A stretch of 64,000 nucleotides of DNA, from the NCBI GenBank assembly GCA_963762565.1, contig CAVXLD010000007.1, forward strand, positions 1 through 64,000, written 5' to 3'. The position numbers and the translations under genes are program-made. The number at the start of each line of letters is the position of its first letter. Within the stretch, counting starts at the first letter, position 1. The notes beneath the pieces are model-generated. The model did no database searches and had not been told where the DNA came from. It saw nothing but the letters and a program-made list of their open reading frames with translations. Shown here one piece after another: positions 1-9,365 of this stretch. The stretch comes from an uncultured Verrucomicrobiae bacterium (GTDB taxonomy: Bacteria; Verrucomicrobiota; Verrucomicrobiia; Chthoniobacterales; JAFAMB01).

Positions 1-109
1 GTCAGGTGACAACTTTTCTCCCAGCTCGAGCAGGGATTCTCTTCGCCGAGATCTAGATCTGCGGAGGGACTGGTAGATCGCCCGTCTTGCAGGTCCGACG
101 CACACAAGA

Positions 110-125
110 GTTGGCAGCTGCCAAC
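110..125. promoter_or_regulatory. parS centromere (repABC type)
   Basis: Perfect palindrome GTTGGCAGCTGCCAAC fits the repABC parS consensus GTTNNCNGCNGNNAAC. A truncated third copy (GTCAGGTGACAAC) lies at 1-13. Confidence 0.8.
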
Positions 126-155
126 TTCTCGAATTCCACGGCCCGATCGCCGATG

Positions 156-381
156 ACCGTGGGATTTGTGACCTTAATCCGCTAAACCGTGTTTTTTGTG
201 ACCATCCACCGTGGCTAATGTGACGTTTCTCCATTTTTCACCGTGGAATTTGTGACCGTCTACCGGGATTCTTGTGACCTTCCATGTTCACTCCGGTCTC
301 TGATCGCAACCGTGAAACTTGTGACCTCCGGCCGGCGCTCGTCTGGCATCCACGCCGGTCCCGACCTTCATCCTTGTGACC
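156..381 (+). repeat. Iteron array of the replication origin (7 x 18 bp, ACCGTG-N4-TTGTGACC)
   Basis: Copies start at 156, 186, 208, 240, 262, 309 and 364 (the last degenerate). They are followed by an A-rich stretch (~405-445) and lie directly upstream of the Rep_3 gene. Confidence 0.85.
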
Positions 382-597
382 ATTTGAAAATCCGTCTGTA
401 GCCGGAACAAGAAAGAAGTTAAGAAACGAATTAAAGAAAGAATAAGACGACGAGCCTTCGTCAGCGTCGTTTTTCCTTTTTTTGCTCCCATTTCAGGAAG
501 ACTCCACTAACGTCACACAAGCCATTCCGGACATGACTACGATGGCCACAAGTGCTTGACATTTGTGACTTTCGCTGGCAAACCGATTTCAAAGCAA

Positions 598-1959
598 ATG
601 GCACAAACCGCTCCAGATGGCGAGCTTACCTTTGAGGTCCAGCCGGCCTACCAGTCTGTCGTCTGGCAGCACAACGGCATCACCAACACCCGTTATAAGC
701 TCACGGCCCGCCAGCAGAAGCTGCTTTTGTATGCCATCGCGATGATTGAACCCAATGCGGCCGAGTTCGGCAAGATCCGCGTTTCCGTTGAAGACTACGC
801 TGCTCTTACCGGACTGGAAACCGACAATCTCTACCGCGACCTCCGGGAAACGGCGATCGCCATCCGCGCGGCGCCGCTGGTCGTCGACCATGTCGAGCCG
901 GGCATGAAAAGGCCGATGCGCCGGCATAGCGCCTGGTTTGAGTATGTCGACGAGGCGGACGGCTCCGGCTTCATCACGATCAAGCTGACCTCCTGGCTAA
1001 AACCCTACCTCCTCCAAGTGCGCCGGGAGTTTTTCCAGTTCCAGCTCGGTTTTGCTTTGGACTTGCGCAGCGAGTACTCGATCCGTCTCTACCAGTATTT
1101 GAAGCGATGGGAATTTGCCAAGCGCCGAACGATCACCGTGGACCAGCTTAGGCTCGAAATCGGCGCGACCGAGATCGATCGCAAAGGCAACATCGTCCGG
1201 ATCAATCTGGAACAGTACAAGCACCTCAAATCCAGAGCGATCAATCCCGCCATTGAGGAAATCAATCGGGAAACCGACCTGAGCGTTTCGTACACTGAAA
1301 CCAAGTTTCCGCGGAGCAAGGCGGTCCAATCCGTCACCTTTACGATCAACAAGAATCTCGAGAACCTGGAGAAACTCCGGCCGGTCACCTTACCGGAGCA
1401 AGCGCAGCTGGAACTCCCCGGCGCGCAAGCCGACCCCGCGCTCGATCCCGCAACGCTCGACGCGCTGGCGGCGATCGCGAAGGAGTTCGGTCTCACCCGG
1501 CCACAGGAACTGGGCTTGAGAGCCTACGCGGTCCGGGAAGGCCTGCAATATCTCCAGGACAAAGCAAACATTGTCCGGTCCCAGCCAAGAGCCAATGTGG
1601 CGAGAGCGTTTCTCGCGGCATTGAGAGATGACTGGAAACTACCGAAACCTCTCCCGGCAAGAAAGACAGCAAAACCACGGGAAGCGAAAAAAGCCGAGGA
1701 GCCACGCGGGTGGCGTGACTGGGTCCTTCAGCACTATCCAATCGCTGAGATACCAAATTCATTCGGGGAGCTTCAAAAGCTCGTTCCGGCGGTGGCGGGA
1801 GAATGCGAACGAGATCTCCAAAAGTTGTCAGCTGACAACTCGGAAGCCGAAACCCGGCAAGCGCCGTCCAAAGGGGAAGACCGTGTTCCTGCACAAACCG
1901 TCTCTAAAACTCGTTCGCTCAAAGCGATGGTCGAAAGCGCCCTGAACGAAAGTCATTAG
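598..1959 (+). CDS. Rep_3-family plasmid replication initiator with C-terminal extension
   Basis: Rep_3 motifs HNGITNTRYKLTARQQKLL, LRSEYSIRLYQYLK and LKSRAINPAIEEINRETDL; adjacent to iterons. ATG at 598 chosen (ORF open from 556). Confidence 0.9.
   Translation: MAQTAPDGELTFEVQPAYQSVVWQHNGITNTRYKLTARQQKLLLYAIAMIEPNAAEFGKIRVSVEDYAALTGLETDNLYRDLRETAIAIRAAPLVVDHVEPGMKRPMRRHSAWFEYVDEADGSGFITIKLTSWLKPYLLQVRREFFQFQLGFALDLRSEYSIRLYQYLKRWEFAKRRTITVDQLRLEIGATEIDRKGNIVRINLEQYKHLKSRAINPAIEEINRETDLSVSYTETKFPRSKAVQSVTFTINKNLENLEKLRPVTLPEQAQLELPGAQADPALDPATLDALAAIAKEFGLTRPQELGLRAYAVREGLQYLQDKANIVRSQPRANVARAFLAALRDDWKLPKPLPARKTAKPREAKKAEEPRGWRDWVLQHYPIAEIPNSFGELQKLVPAVAGECERDLQKLSADNSEAETRQAPSKGEDRVPAQTVSKTRSLKAMVESALNESH
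1824..1839. promoter_or_regulatory. parS centromere inside rep gene
   Basis: Perfect palindrome GTTGTCAGCTGACAAC, matching the repABC parS consensus. Confidence 0.8.
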
Positions 1960-2004
1960 ACGCCAAGTCCTCAAGGGAGCCTACCGCTCAGGCTCGTGGG
2001 GAAA

Positions 2005-2022
2005 GGTCACAAATATCACGGT
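2005..2022 (-). promoter_or_regulatory. Single inverted iteron upstream of par operon
   Basis: Reverse complement reads ACCGTGATATTTGTGACC, the same consensus as the origin iterons. Confidence 0.75.
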
Positions 2023-2040
2023 AGCTGAAGTGATTTTCTC

Positions 2041-2131
2041 CGTTACTGGAAAAAAAGTATTGACTATCGCTATCTAGATTTAGTAACGCTCTTTCGCGTA
2101 ACAAGAGAGAATCTCCGTTATTCGAGATTCT
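2041..2131 (+). promoter_or_regulatory. Putative repA promoter/operator
   Basis: TTGACT at 2060 is flanked by the inverted pair CGTTACT (2041)/AGTAACG (2082). A second inverted repeat AGAATCTC-N8-GAGATTCT spans 2108-2131. Confidence 0.45.
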
Positions 2132-2146
2132 TTCTACGAAATTCTG

Positions 2147-3352
2147 ATGAGCGTTTCCACAGCAAAAACCGCGATCGACGGACTTATCCGTTCAGATGCC
2201 CATCTGCTTAGCCGGCAGCTGCAGAAGCTCCGCGAAAAAACCTTTCCTCCGGAGGCTCGAAAGGAACTGCGCCGGTTCAGCGCCCCTGAGGCGGCCCGGC
2301 TGATGGGAGTTTCCGATTCCTACTTGCGGCAATTGTCCCTCGCCAAAGAGGGCCCGAGTCCTGACGTCGGCCCCGGTGGACGACGCCAATACACTTTAGA
2401 ACAGATCAACGCGCTCAGGCGTTATCTGGCCGATCGGGCGCAACCCGAAAAGCGCAAGCAGTACTCGCCCCATCGCACCGACGACGAGCACCTGCAGATC
2501 ATCTCCATCACCAATTTCAAGGGCGGTTCAGGTAAAACCACGAGCGCCGTACACTTATCGCAATACTTGGCACTGCGCGGCTACCGGGTTTTGGCGATTG
2601 ATCTCGATCCGCAAGCCAGCCTTTCCAGCTTGCTCGGGTTTCAACCGGAGTTCGATTTGTTGGCGAACGAAACTCTCTACGGCGCCGTCCGATACGACGA
2701 CGAACAACGCCCCATCTCGAAGATTATCCGCAGCACGTATTTTCACGGCCTCGACGTCATCCCGGCCAATCTTGAGCTCATGGAGTTCGAGCACACCACT
2801 CCAAGGATCCTCGCACAGGGCGGGGGGAGGGGAGAGGAATTCTTCTTTAGCCGGGTGCGGGCCACGCTGGATGAGGTCGAGGAAAACTACGACGTGGTGA
2901 TCATCGATTGCCCGCCCCAGTTAGGGTTTCTGACGTTGAGCGCCCTGTGTGCCGCCACTTCGGTCCTGGTCACGATTCATGCCGAAATGCTCGATGTCGC
3001 CAGCATGAACCAATTCCTTTTGATGACTTCCGATCTCTTGAGCGTCGTCCGGGAAGCCGGCGGCGATCTCCGATTCGATTGGTTTCGCTATCTGGCGACC
3101 CGCCATGAGCCCAACGACGCGCCGCAGACCAACATGCTCGGGTTTCTGCGTTCCTTGTTCGGGGAGAGGGTACTCACTCACCCGGCGCTGAAGTCGACCG
3201 CAATCACGGACGCCGGTCTAACCAAACAAACCTTGTACGAGGTGGGTCGAGAAAACTTTTCCCGCAATACTTACGACCGCGCCATTGAATCGATGGACGC
3301 GGTGAATGGCGAAATTGAGAACTTGATCCGACGAGCTTGGGGACGCCAATAA
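2147..3352 (+). CDS. repA: Plasmid partitioning ATPase RepA (ParA family, repABC type)
   Basis: N-terminal HTH (LRRFSAPEAARLMGVSDSYLRQL), Walker A NFKGGSGKTT, DLDPQAS, IDCPPQLGFLT and KSTAITDAGLTKQTLYE, all typical of repABC RepA. Confidence 0.93.
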   Translation: MSVSTAKTAIDGLIRSDAHLLSRQLQKLREKTFPPEARKELRRFSAPEAARLMGVSDSYLRQLSLAKEGPSPDVGPGGRRQYTLEQINALRRYLADRAQPEKRKQYSPHRTDDEHLQIISITNFKGGSGKTTSAVHLSQYLALRGYRVLAIDLDPQASLSSLLGFQPEFDLLANETLYGAVRYDDEQRPISKIIRSTYFHGLDVIPANLELMEFEHTTPRILAQGGGRGEEFFFSRVRATLDEVEENYDVVIIDCPPQLGFLTLSALCAATSVLVTIHAEMLDVASMNQFLLMTSDLLSVVREAGGDLRFDWFRYLATRHEPNDAPQTNMLGFLRSLFGERVLTHPALKSTAITDAGLTKQTLYEVGRENFSRNTYDRAIESMDAVNGEIENLIRRAWGRQ

Positions 3353-3354
3353 AC

Positions 3355-4356
3355 GTGAAACGCAAAGACACCTTGAAATCCCTGTTAAGCGTTGAGCCGG
3401 GAGCGGAGCCAGGAGACGAAGAAGCACAGACGGCCGGGGGAGGCGAACATACTCCGAGCGGCGCCGTCAGGGCCATGGGTCTTAACCTCGGCCAACTCAA
3501 AGCCGACGCTGAGGAAGGGCGGCTACTGAAGCAACAGCTGGTCGAGGGCTTACAGGTCGTCGACCTAGAGCCCTCGCAGATCGACCCGTCGTTCATCACG
3601 GACCGCCTGGCCGAGCCCGAAGAAGAACATTTCGCGGCGCTGGTTTCGAGCATCAAGGACAATGGGCAGCTAGTGCCGATCTTAGCCAGACCGCATCCAA
3701 AAGAGCCGGGACGGTTCCAGGTCGCCTATGGACATCGCCGACTGCGCGCGGTGGAAGTCCTTCAGCGCAAGGTGAAAGCCGTCGTGCGTGAGTTGAGCGA
3801 CGAGGAGATGGTGATTGCGCAAGGCAAGGAAAACAATGACCGTCGGGACCTGTCTTTTATCGAGCGCGCCCTATTCGCGCAAAGTTTGGAAGATCGCGGT
3901 TTCAACCGGGGAGTTTTGATGGCGGCGCTGTCGGTCGATAAAACCGAAACCGCGAAACTGCTGTCGGTGGCCCGGTCGATTCCGACTGCGGTCATCCAAG
4001 CGATTGGGCCCGCTCCTCGCGCAGGCAGGCCACGTTGGATGGCCCTTTCTGGCCTCATCAATCACGCCGGCGCCGAGAAGAAAGCTCAGGATGTCATTGC
4101 CGCTGAGTCTTTTAAGGGGCTCACAAGCGACCGAAGGTTCGACTCGCTCTTCGCCGCTCTCTCTGCGCCCCGAAACACCGACTTATCCCGCGATCACTGG
4201 TCAGACCCGAGTGGCCGACGCGTCGTGAGCATTCAAAAGCGGCCGTCGCGCACGACCTTCATTTTTAATGACCTCCTAGAGCCCGCCTTCGGCGAATATG
4301 TCGCGGAAAACCTCGGCGATCTCTACACCCGGTTTAAGAGCGGGGGAGGGGAGTGA
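3355..4356 (+). CDS. repB: Plasmid partitioning protein RepB (ParB family)
   Basis: GQLVPILARPHP, YGHRRLRA, QGKENNDRRDLSFIERA and IGPAPRAGRPRW motifs; directly follows repA. Confidence 0.92.
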   Translation: MKRKDTLKSLLSVEPGAEPGDEEAQTAGGGEHTPSGAVRAMGLNLGQLKADAEEGRLLKQQLVEGLQVVDLEPSQIDPSFITDRLAEPEEEHFAALVSSIKDNGQLVPILARPHPKEPGRFQVAYGHRRLRAVEVLQRKVKAVVRELSDEEMVIAQGKENNDRRDLSFIERALFAQSLEDRGFNRGVLMAALSVDKTETAKLLSVARSIPTAVIQAIGPAPRAGRPRWMALSGLINHAGAEKKAQDVIAAESFKGLTSDRRFDSLFAALSAPRNTDLSRDHWSDPSGRRVVSIQKRPSRTTFIFNDLLEPAFGEYVAENLGDLYTRFKSGGGE

Positions 4357-4391
4357 TTGGCGCGCAGGGAACGACCCGAGCCATTCTTCTC

Positions 4392-4466
4392 TTGACCTTC
4401 TGCACGTTGCGATTTTATGCTGGTTTCTCCGATTAAGGAGAGTATTTTCTCCTTATAAGGAGAAAA
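4392..4466 (+). promoter_or_regulatory. Promoter and tandem operators of Xre/RES operon
   Basis: TTGACC-N18-TATGCT, then TCTCC-N6-GGAGA twice; the second is the perfect palindrome TTTTCTCCTTATAAGGAGAAAA (4445-4466). Confidence 0.6.
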
Positions 4467-4469
4467 GAT

Positions 4470-4919
4470 ATGCCAACAACTGCCAGCACTTATCCGGAAA
4501 CCCGGTACTCCAGCCCGGCGTCCCCACCGCCGGATTTTACTTCAAAGCCCGAACGCGAGCGTTTGAGCGGTGCGGCTCTTCAGGCGTTCTTTAGCATCGC
4601 CAATCGCTGGTCAATCCGCGACGAAGATGCTCGCGAGCTTCTGGGCGGCGTCAGCAACGGCCCTTATTATCAGATGAAGAAGAGCCAAGAAGGCCGGACT
4701 TTGAGCGCCGACGAGCTGTTCAGAATCTCTTATCTCATCGGTATTTTTAAAGCGCTCAATACTCTTCACGGGCAGCCCCTCGCCGATCGATGGATCCGGC
4801 TCGCCAACTCCAACCGCATCTTCGCCAGCCAAACGCCGCTCGAGTTCATGAAGAAAGGCGGCCAGCAGGCGATGGAGATTGTGAGAGAGCTCCTTGAGGC
4901 GCGGATTCAAGGCAAATGA
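4470..4919 (+). CDS. Xre/MbcA/ParS-family antitoxin (DUF2384-like)
   Basis: ARELLGG, RISYLIGIFKALNTL and ADRWIRLAN..F...TPLEFM motifs; overlaps the start of the RES gene. Confidence 0.85.
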   Translation: MPTTASTYPETRYSSPASPPPDFTSKPERERLSGAALQAFFSIANRWSIRDEDARELLGGVSNGPYYQMKKSQEGRTLSADELFRISYLIGIFKALNTLHGQPLADRWIRLANSNRIFASQTPLEFMKKGGQQAMEIVRELLEARIQGK

Positions 4920-5656
4920 GCTTGCCCGAGGCGTTCCTGCTTCGCCAGGACGATACTCATCGGCTCATCCCGAAAATCTACAGCGATGAACCCTATGGTC
5001 CTCTGCGAACGATCGCAGAGGATCCCGAAGATTTAGCGACACTCGCCGAGTTGGATCGAGCGACGGATAAACAGGTGTTTGCCGAGAACAACCTCCTGCC
5101 CGGCATCAGCGTGGCCGAACTCGTATTCGGCATCCCGCACGCTCGGATTATCAATGGAGCCTTCACCCACGCCACCCCTTTAGGCGGGCGGTTCAACGGT
5201 CCCGATCGAGGCGCCTGGTATGCGGGTTTTGAGATCAAAACTTCTCAGGCTGAAATCGCTTTTCACAGAAGCATCCACCTGGCGGAGGTCGGGGTCTTCG
5301 AAGATGAAGTCCGTTACGTCGATTACGTGGCCGATTTCAGCGGCGAGTTTCACGAGTTGCGCAATGACGCGCGCTTTGCGGCCTGTTTAAGCCCCGACAG
5401 TTACGTCGCATCCCAAGGACTCGCCGACGAATTGCTGAAAGCTGAGTCCCTTGGAGTCGTTTACCCGAGCGTCAGATATTCAGAGGGAACCTGCTTGGCC
5501 TGTTTCCGGCCTGCGGTCGTGACTCACGTTCGTTCGGGAAGGCATATGAATTCACCTGGAACGGTCAACCTCAACCAACAATTGCCGCGATCGGCTAAGA
5601 GTCCAGAGTATTTGAGCCGTGCGAGGGCGGGACTGCAGGGTGCGGCGAATCCATAG
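4916..5656 (+). CDS. RES-domain toxin (NAD+ phosphorylase/mART family)
   Basis: THRLIP, GGRFNGPDRGAWYAG, AEIAFH and GVVYPSVR. A probable frameshift near 5540 would give the true end AYEFTWNG... at 5598. Confidence 0.88.
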   Translation: MSLPEAFLLRQDDTHRLIPKIYSDEPYGPLRTIAEDPEDLATLAELDRATDKQVFAENNLLPGISVAELVFGIPHARIINGAFTHATPLGGRFNGPDRGAWYAGFEIKTSQAEIAFHRSIHLAEVGVFEDEVRYVDYVADFSGEFHELRNDARFAACLSPDSYVASQGLADELLKAESLGVVYPSVRYSEGTCLACFRPAVVTHVRSGRHMNSPGTVNLNQQLPRSAKSPEYLSRARAGLQGAANP

Positions 5657-5744
5657 TACGTTCACTCTCCTGTTCCTTCGTGCCTCTCCGAGTTCGAAAC
5701 TTTCGCGGCTGTGCTAAAAAGCGAGGAAAGTGATAAAAGAACGT

Positions 5745-6611
5745 ATGAGTCTCAAGTCCGGTCCCAAACGACTCCGCGAGCTGCTAAATCAGCCCGGCAT
5801 CATCCGCAGTCTCGGGGCTCACGATGTGTTCACGGCGCTGATTGTCGAGCAGGCCGGCTTTGAGACGGTGTTTATCGGCGGGTTTGGCACCAGCGCGTCA
5901 ATGCTTGGCCTGCCGGACCTGAATTTTCTGACGATGTCCGAAATGGCCGATGCGGTGCGCCGCATGGCGGCCCGCGTTCGCATTCCGGTCATCGCCGATG
6001 GCGATACCGGATACGGCGATTTGCATAACGTCCAGCGCACCGTCGAGGCCTTCGAGGCCGCTGGTGCGAGCGGGATTTTACTGGAGGACCAAGTGATGCC
6101 CAAGCGCTGCGGCCATTTTGCCAACAAACGGGTCATTCCGACCGAGGAAATGGTGTTAAAGATCAAAGCAGCCGTGAAGGCCAAGAGCGATCCGGACTTC
6201 GTCATTTTCGCCCGCACCGACGCGCGCCAGATGAACGGCCTGGACGACGCCATCGATCGAGTCAATCGATGTTGCGACAGTGGCGCGGACATCGCCTTCA
6301 TCGAAGCGCCGGAATCGCGCGCGGAACTGGAGGAGATCCCGAAGCGGGTGAAGCATCCGCTGCTCGTGAACATGCTCAGCGGCGGGGTGACACCGATTCT
6401 CCCGGTAAAGGAGCTCGAGCAACTCGGCTACAAGATCGTGGTTTGCCCCATCGAATCGCTGATGGTTTGCGCCCGGGCCATGCGCGAGTTGTGCGACGAG
6501 TGGAAGAACACTGGCCGCGTGGACAAGCTCGCTACGCAGGCGATGAGTTTTGCTGAGGTAAAGAAATTGCTGGGTGTGGAGGAATTCCTCAAGCTTCGGG
6601 ACAAGCTTTGA
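5745..6611 (+). CDS. Isocitrate lyase/PEP mutase family enzyme
   Basis: ADGDTGYG, LEDQVMPKRCGH, ARTDA and AFIEAP motifs. Confidence 0.92.
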   Translation: MSLKSGPKRLRELLNQPGIIRSLGAHDVFTALIVEQAGFETVFIGGFGTSASMLGLPDLNFLTMSEMADAVRRMAARVRIPVIADGDTGYGDLHNVQRTVEAFEAAGASGILLEDQVMPKRCGHFANKRVIPTEEMVLKIKAAVKAKSDPDFVIFARTDARQMNGLDDAIDRVNRCCDSGADIAFIEAPESRAELEEIPKRVKHPLLVNMLSGGVTPILPVKELEQLGYKIVVCPIESLMVCARAMRELCDEWKNTGRVDKLATQAMSFAEVKKLLGVEEFLKLRDKL

Positions 6612-6747
6612 GGAAACACGAGAGCGGGACAGGGGATAAACCGGTGGCTGGCGGTGAACCTTGTGCGGTCATCCCCGATGGCAGTTAAGGCGAGGGCCGC
6701 CCTGCACGAAATTACTGCAGCCAGGAAGTCGCTTCGACGACCGGCTG

Positions 6748-7452
6748 TCAGTCACCACCATTCTCCGTCCCGATTGCGTTTCCGCCAGTAAAAGGCACCG
6801 TGCAGTTGGTAACGACATTTCCTTGATAAAAATCATTGCTGCTCAGGGCCAGGCCGTATGAGCTGTTGGCAACGTAGTTGCCAATGAAAGCGGAGGCTGA
6901 GCCTGAGCCGACCGAGCTAAGAAGCGCGGCAGTGAATTCAGACACGTGATTGCCTTTTACTAGGACGCCCGATGCCGATTTGAGGAGTTCAATTCCGTTA
7001 CCGGTTTTCTCTGGGCCTGTTCCAATAATGAAGCAATCTTGAACCGTACAATCCTTGGCGAACACTTGAACACCGAAGACATTATTTGCCAATTGTAGAT
7101 TCAGCGCTCTGCTTTGCGAACCATTTAGGACAATGGCGGCCTGGAATCCCAAGATGCTACCGTTGAGAACGGTAAGATTCGTGTGTTGCGCCAAATATAC
7201 GCCAAACGCAGCCATCCCGTTGGTGCTGATCGAAAACCCGTTCAGGTTGATCACCACGTTGTCTGCTTTTACTTCGATCGCATTGGTCTGCCCAGCATAG
7301 GTCAGATTGCTTTCCAGTTCATAGTTGCCTGAAGTGGTGATCGTGTACGGCAGGCTGCCGATCACGCCGGCAACGCTTAACCCCGGCATTAAGAACAGAG
7401 CGCCAAGGGAGACAACGAGCTTACAATTCTGCTTAAGCATTCGAGATTTCAT
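6748..7452 (-). CDS. Secreted right-handed beta-helix protein
   Basis: Signal-peptide-like N-terminus, LPYTITTSGNYELESNL, ADNVVINLNGFSI and repeated GN-x-V turns. Confidence 0.7.
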   Translation of the reverse strand: MKSRMLKQNCKLVVSLGALFLMPGLSVAGVIGSLPYTITTSGNYELESNLTYAGQTNAIEVKADNVVINLNGFSISTNGMAAFGVYLAQHTNLTVLNGSILGFQAAIVLNGSQSRALNLQLANNVFGVQVFAKDCTVQDCFIIGTGPEKTGNGIELLKSASGVLVKGNHVSEFTAALLSSVGSGSASAFIGNYVANSSYGLALSSNDFYQGNVVTNCTVPFTGGNAIGTENGGD

Positions 7453-7620
7453 AATCAGCCCCGAGAAATATCAGAACTCTTGCGGTTTTAGGAGAACTCG
7501 TTTAAGCGACACAACGGTCGACAGTTCGGTAGACTACAGGAGAAAACACTGACCACGATTACCATGAGTCAGGCTTCCTTAAAAACTTGAACAATACCGC
7601 CTATCTGGTATTAGTACCAT

Positions 7621-8064
7621 ATGAGCGGCAACGATAAGGGGGCTTGGTCGACGCTGCCAACGCTACTGGCAGAAAAGAATCTCACGGTCGCCGATCTGCA
7701 TCAAATCTTGAGGAAGCGCGGCTTCGAAGTGAATAAAAAGAGTCTTTATCGCCTGACTACCTCCCAGCCCGTTCAGAAACTGGATGCAACGATTGTCCGA
7801 GCGGTCTGTGAAGCGCTGGACGTTCGTCTCCAAGACTTGATTCAGTTCCAGAAGCCTAAGTTCGAATTGAAGCGTTTGGATCCGCGATCGCAGCAGGAAC
7901 TCGATCGGCTGATGAATAAGAATAACGAAGGCGAGCTCACGCAAAAAGAGAAGACCCGCTTCAAAGCCCTTCTTGATGAGGTACAGAAGGTCAGTCTCTA
8001 CAATGCCAAAGCGCTGGTGAGCCAGAAGCGGCTGCGTGAGCCCACATACCCCGCGAAGTTGTAA
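7621..8064 (+). CDS. Cro/C1-type HTH protein, putative antitoxin of HNH nuclease
   Basis: N-terminal HTH (VCEALDVRLQDLI) and C-terminal ELDRLMNKNNEGELT. An upstream inverted repeat AATACC-N8-GGTATT (7593-7612) sits next to TTGAAC. Confidence 0.65.
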   Translation: MSGNDKGAWSTLPTLLAEKNLTVADLHQILRKRGFEVNKKSLYRLTTSQPVQKLDATIVRAVCEALDVRLQDLIQFQKPKFELKRLDPRSQQELDRLMNKNNEGELTQKEKTRFKALLDEVQKVSLYNAKALVSQKRLREPTYPAKL

Positions 8065-8074
8065 CGGCTCGTTA

Positions 8075-8496
8075 ATGGTCCGGAAAGCGAGAAATCCGGA
8101 CCCTCGTGAAACCGTTGAATTGCGGGCCGACCGGCGCTGTGAGTATTGCCGCGCGCCTCAGCCAGTGACCGGCATTCGATACCACCTTGAGCATGTCTTT
8201 CCCGAATCACTCGGTGGAACCGATGATCTCGAAAACATCGCTCTGGCTTGCCCCACGTGTAACTACTCCAAATCCAACCATCTACTTGGCCTCGACGAAG
8301 AAGGCATGGCTGGCCGACCGCTATTCAATCCACGGAAAGACCATTGGGAAGACCATTTTGAGTTCGATTCTTCGAGCCTCCAGACTCAGAGGGAAGACTG
8401 CGCAAGGAAAAGGCACAGTGAAACGGCTTCGAAATGAATGACCGCCTGCAGATTGAAGCGCGGCGGCATTGGCTGGAGCTGGAACTCTATCCCTAG
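8075..8496 (+). CDS. HNH endonuclease (frameshifted near 8383 and 8433)
   Basis: RCEYC, HLEHVFPESLGG, NIALACPTCNYSK and LFNPRKDHWEDHF; continues in other frames as GKTAQGKGTV and MNDRLQIEARRHW. Confidence 0.8.
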
Positions 8497-8653
8497 AACG
8501 GTAGGAAACGGCGCCCAGGGTCTGTACGAAGGGGCTATGATTTGAGGTCCAGCACAGCGCCTTTCGAGCGACCTGGTTGGCCATAGAAGGCCGTCCGAGG
8601 TTCGGAAATCCACCCTTCTCTCATGGAATGAATCTAGCTTCTAGTGAAATTCC

Positions 8654-8875
8654 ATGCAGAAACATCTTTCAGTGATCACCCACAAAGCCGGCGTTGTTCA
8701 CATCAATCGCCAGACCGGGCACCTGTTCTGGGAAGAAGAGAACCTCGATCCCGTCCTGCAGCAGTACGCCAAAAAATACCTGGTGCAGGAGGGTTTCCTT
8801 GAGCAAGCGCTTGGGGTTCTTAACCCAGCGCCGCATCAAGTTCCGGATCTCTTCCTCGATGACATCTTGAATTAG
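8654..8875 (+). CDS. Hypothetical protein
   Basis: 73-aa ORF with ATG start and globular composition, filling the intergenic space. Confidence 0.45.
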   Translation: MQKHLSVITHKAGVVHINRQTGHLFWEEENLDPVLQQYAKKYLVQEGFLEQALGVLNPAPHQVPDLFLDDILN

Positions 8876-9005
8876 GAACGAAGATTCTTTTTACCGCTGC
8901 GGAAATCCCGCATTTGGAATATAGGCTGTCCTTTTTTGAGACGCAGTTCGGGCCGCCCTCAAAGGCGCCTGAGCGAACACCGGGGACACCTTCGGTCAGC
9001 GCTAC

Positions 9006-9365
9006 TCATTTGCTTTCGGCGATCGTCTCCCCATCCAACTCCTCCTCCGATTCGTCGTAAGCCGGCGGATAGTACAACACGGAGGTGATTTCTTTCCCGT
9101 TCGCCTCAACCAGATCCGCAATCCCTTGGGCCAGTTTCTCATGATACGCGCTGACTCCAGGCCCTCTGATCACGATCACACCGGCCGAGCTCGATACCAT
9201 CAGATAGTTGCTCAGCCGATCCTCATAAGTCCGCGTGATATGACCGAACATCACGCCGATGACCTTGTGATCGTCGGTGACGAACCGGACGATCGGCGCC
9301 TTTCCTTCCTGCCAAGGGGCGCCGGCGACGGTCCCGTATTTTTCTAAATAAGAAGTCTGGCTCAT
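9006..9365 (-). CDS. Hypothetical protein coupled to relaxase
   Basis: 119-aa ORF whose start overlaps the relaxase stop (ATGA). Confidence 0.55.
   Translation of the reverse strand: MSQTSYLEKYGTVAGAPWQEGKAPIVRFVTDDHKVIGVMFGHITRTYEDRLSNYLMVSSSAGVIVIRGPGVSAYHEKLAQGIADLVEANGKEITSVLYYPPAYDESEEELDGETIAESK

Noticed and set aside
156..381. Spaced direct repeats as a CRISPR array
   Set aside because: Units are 18 bp, degenerate, mostly 4-14 bp apart, next to a Rep_3 gene, and there are no cas genes. These are iterons.
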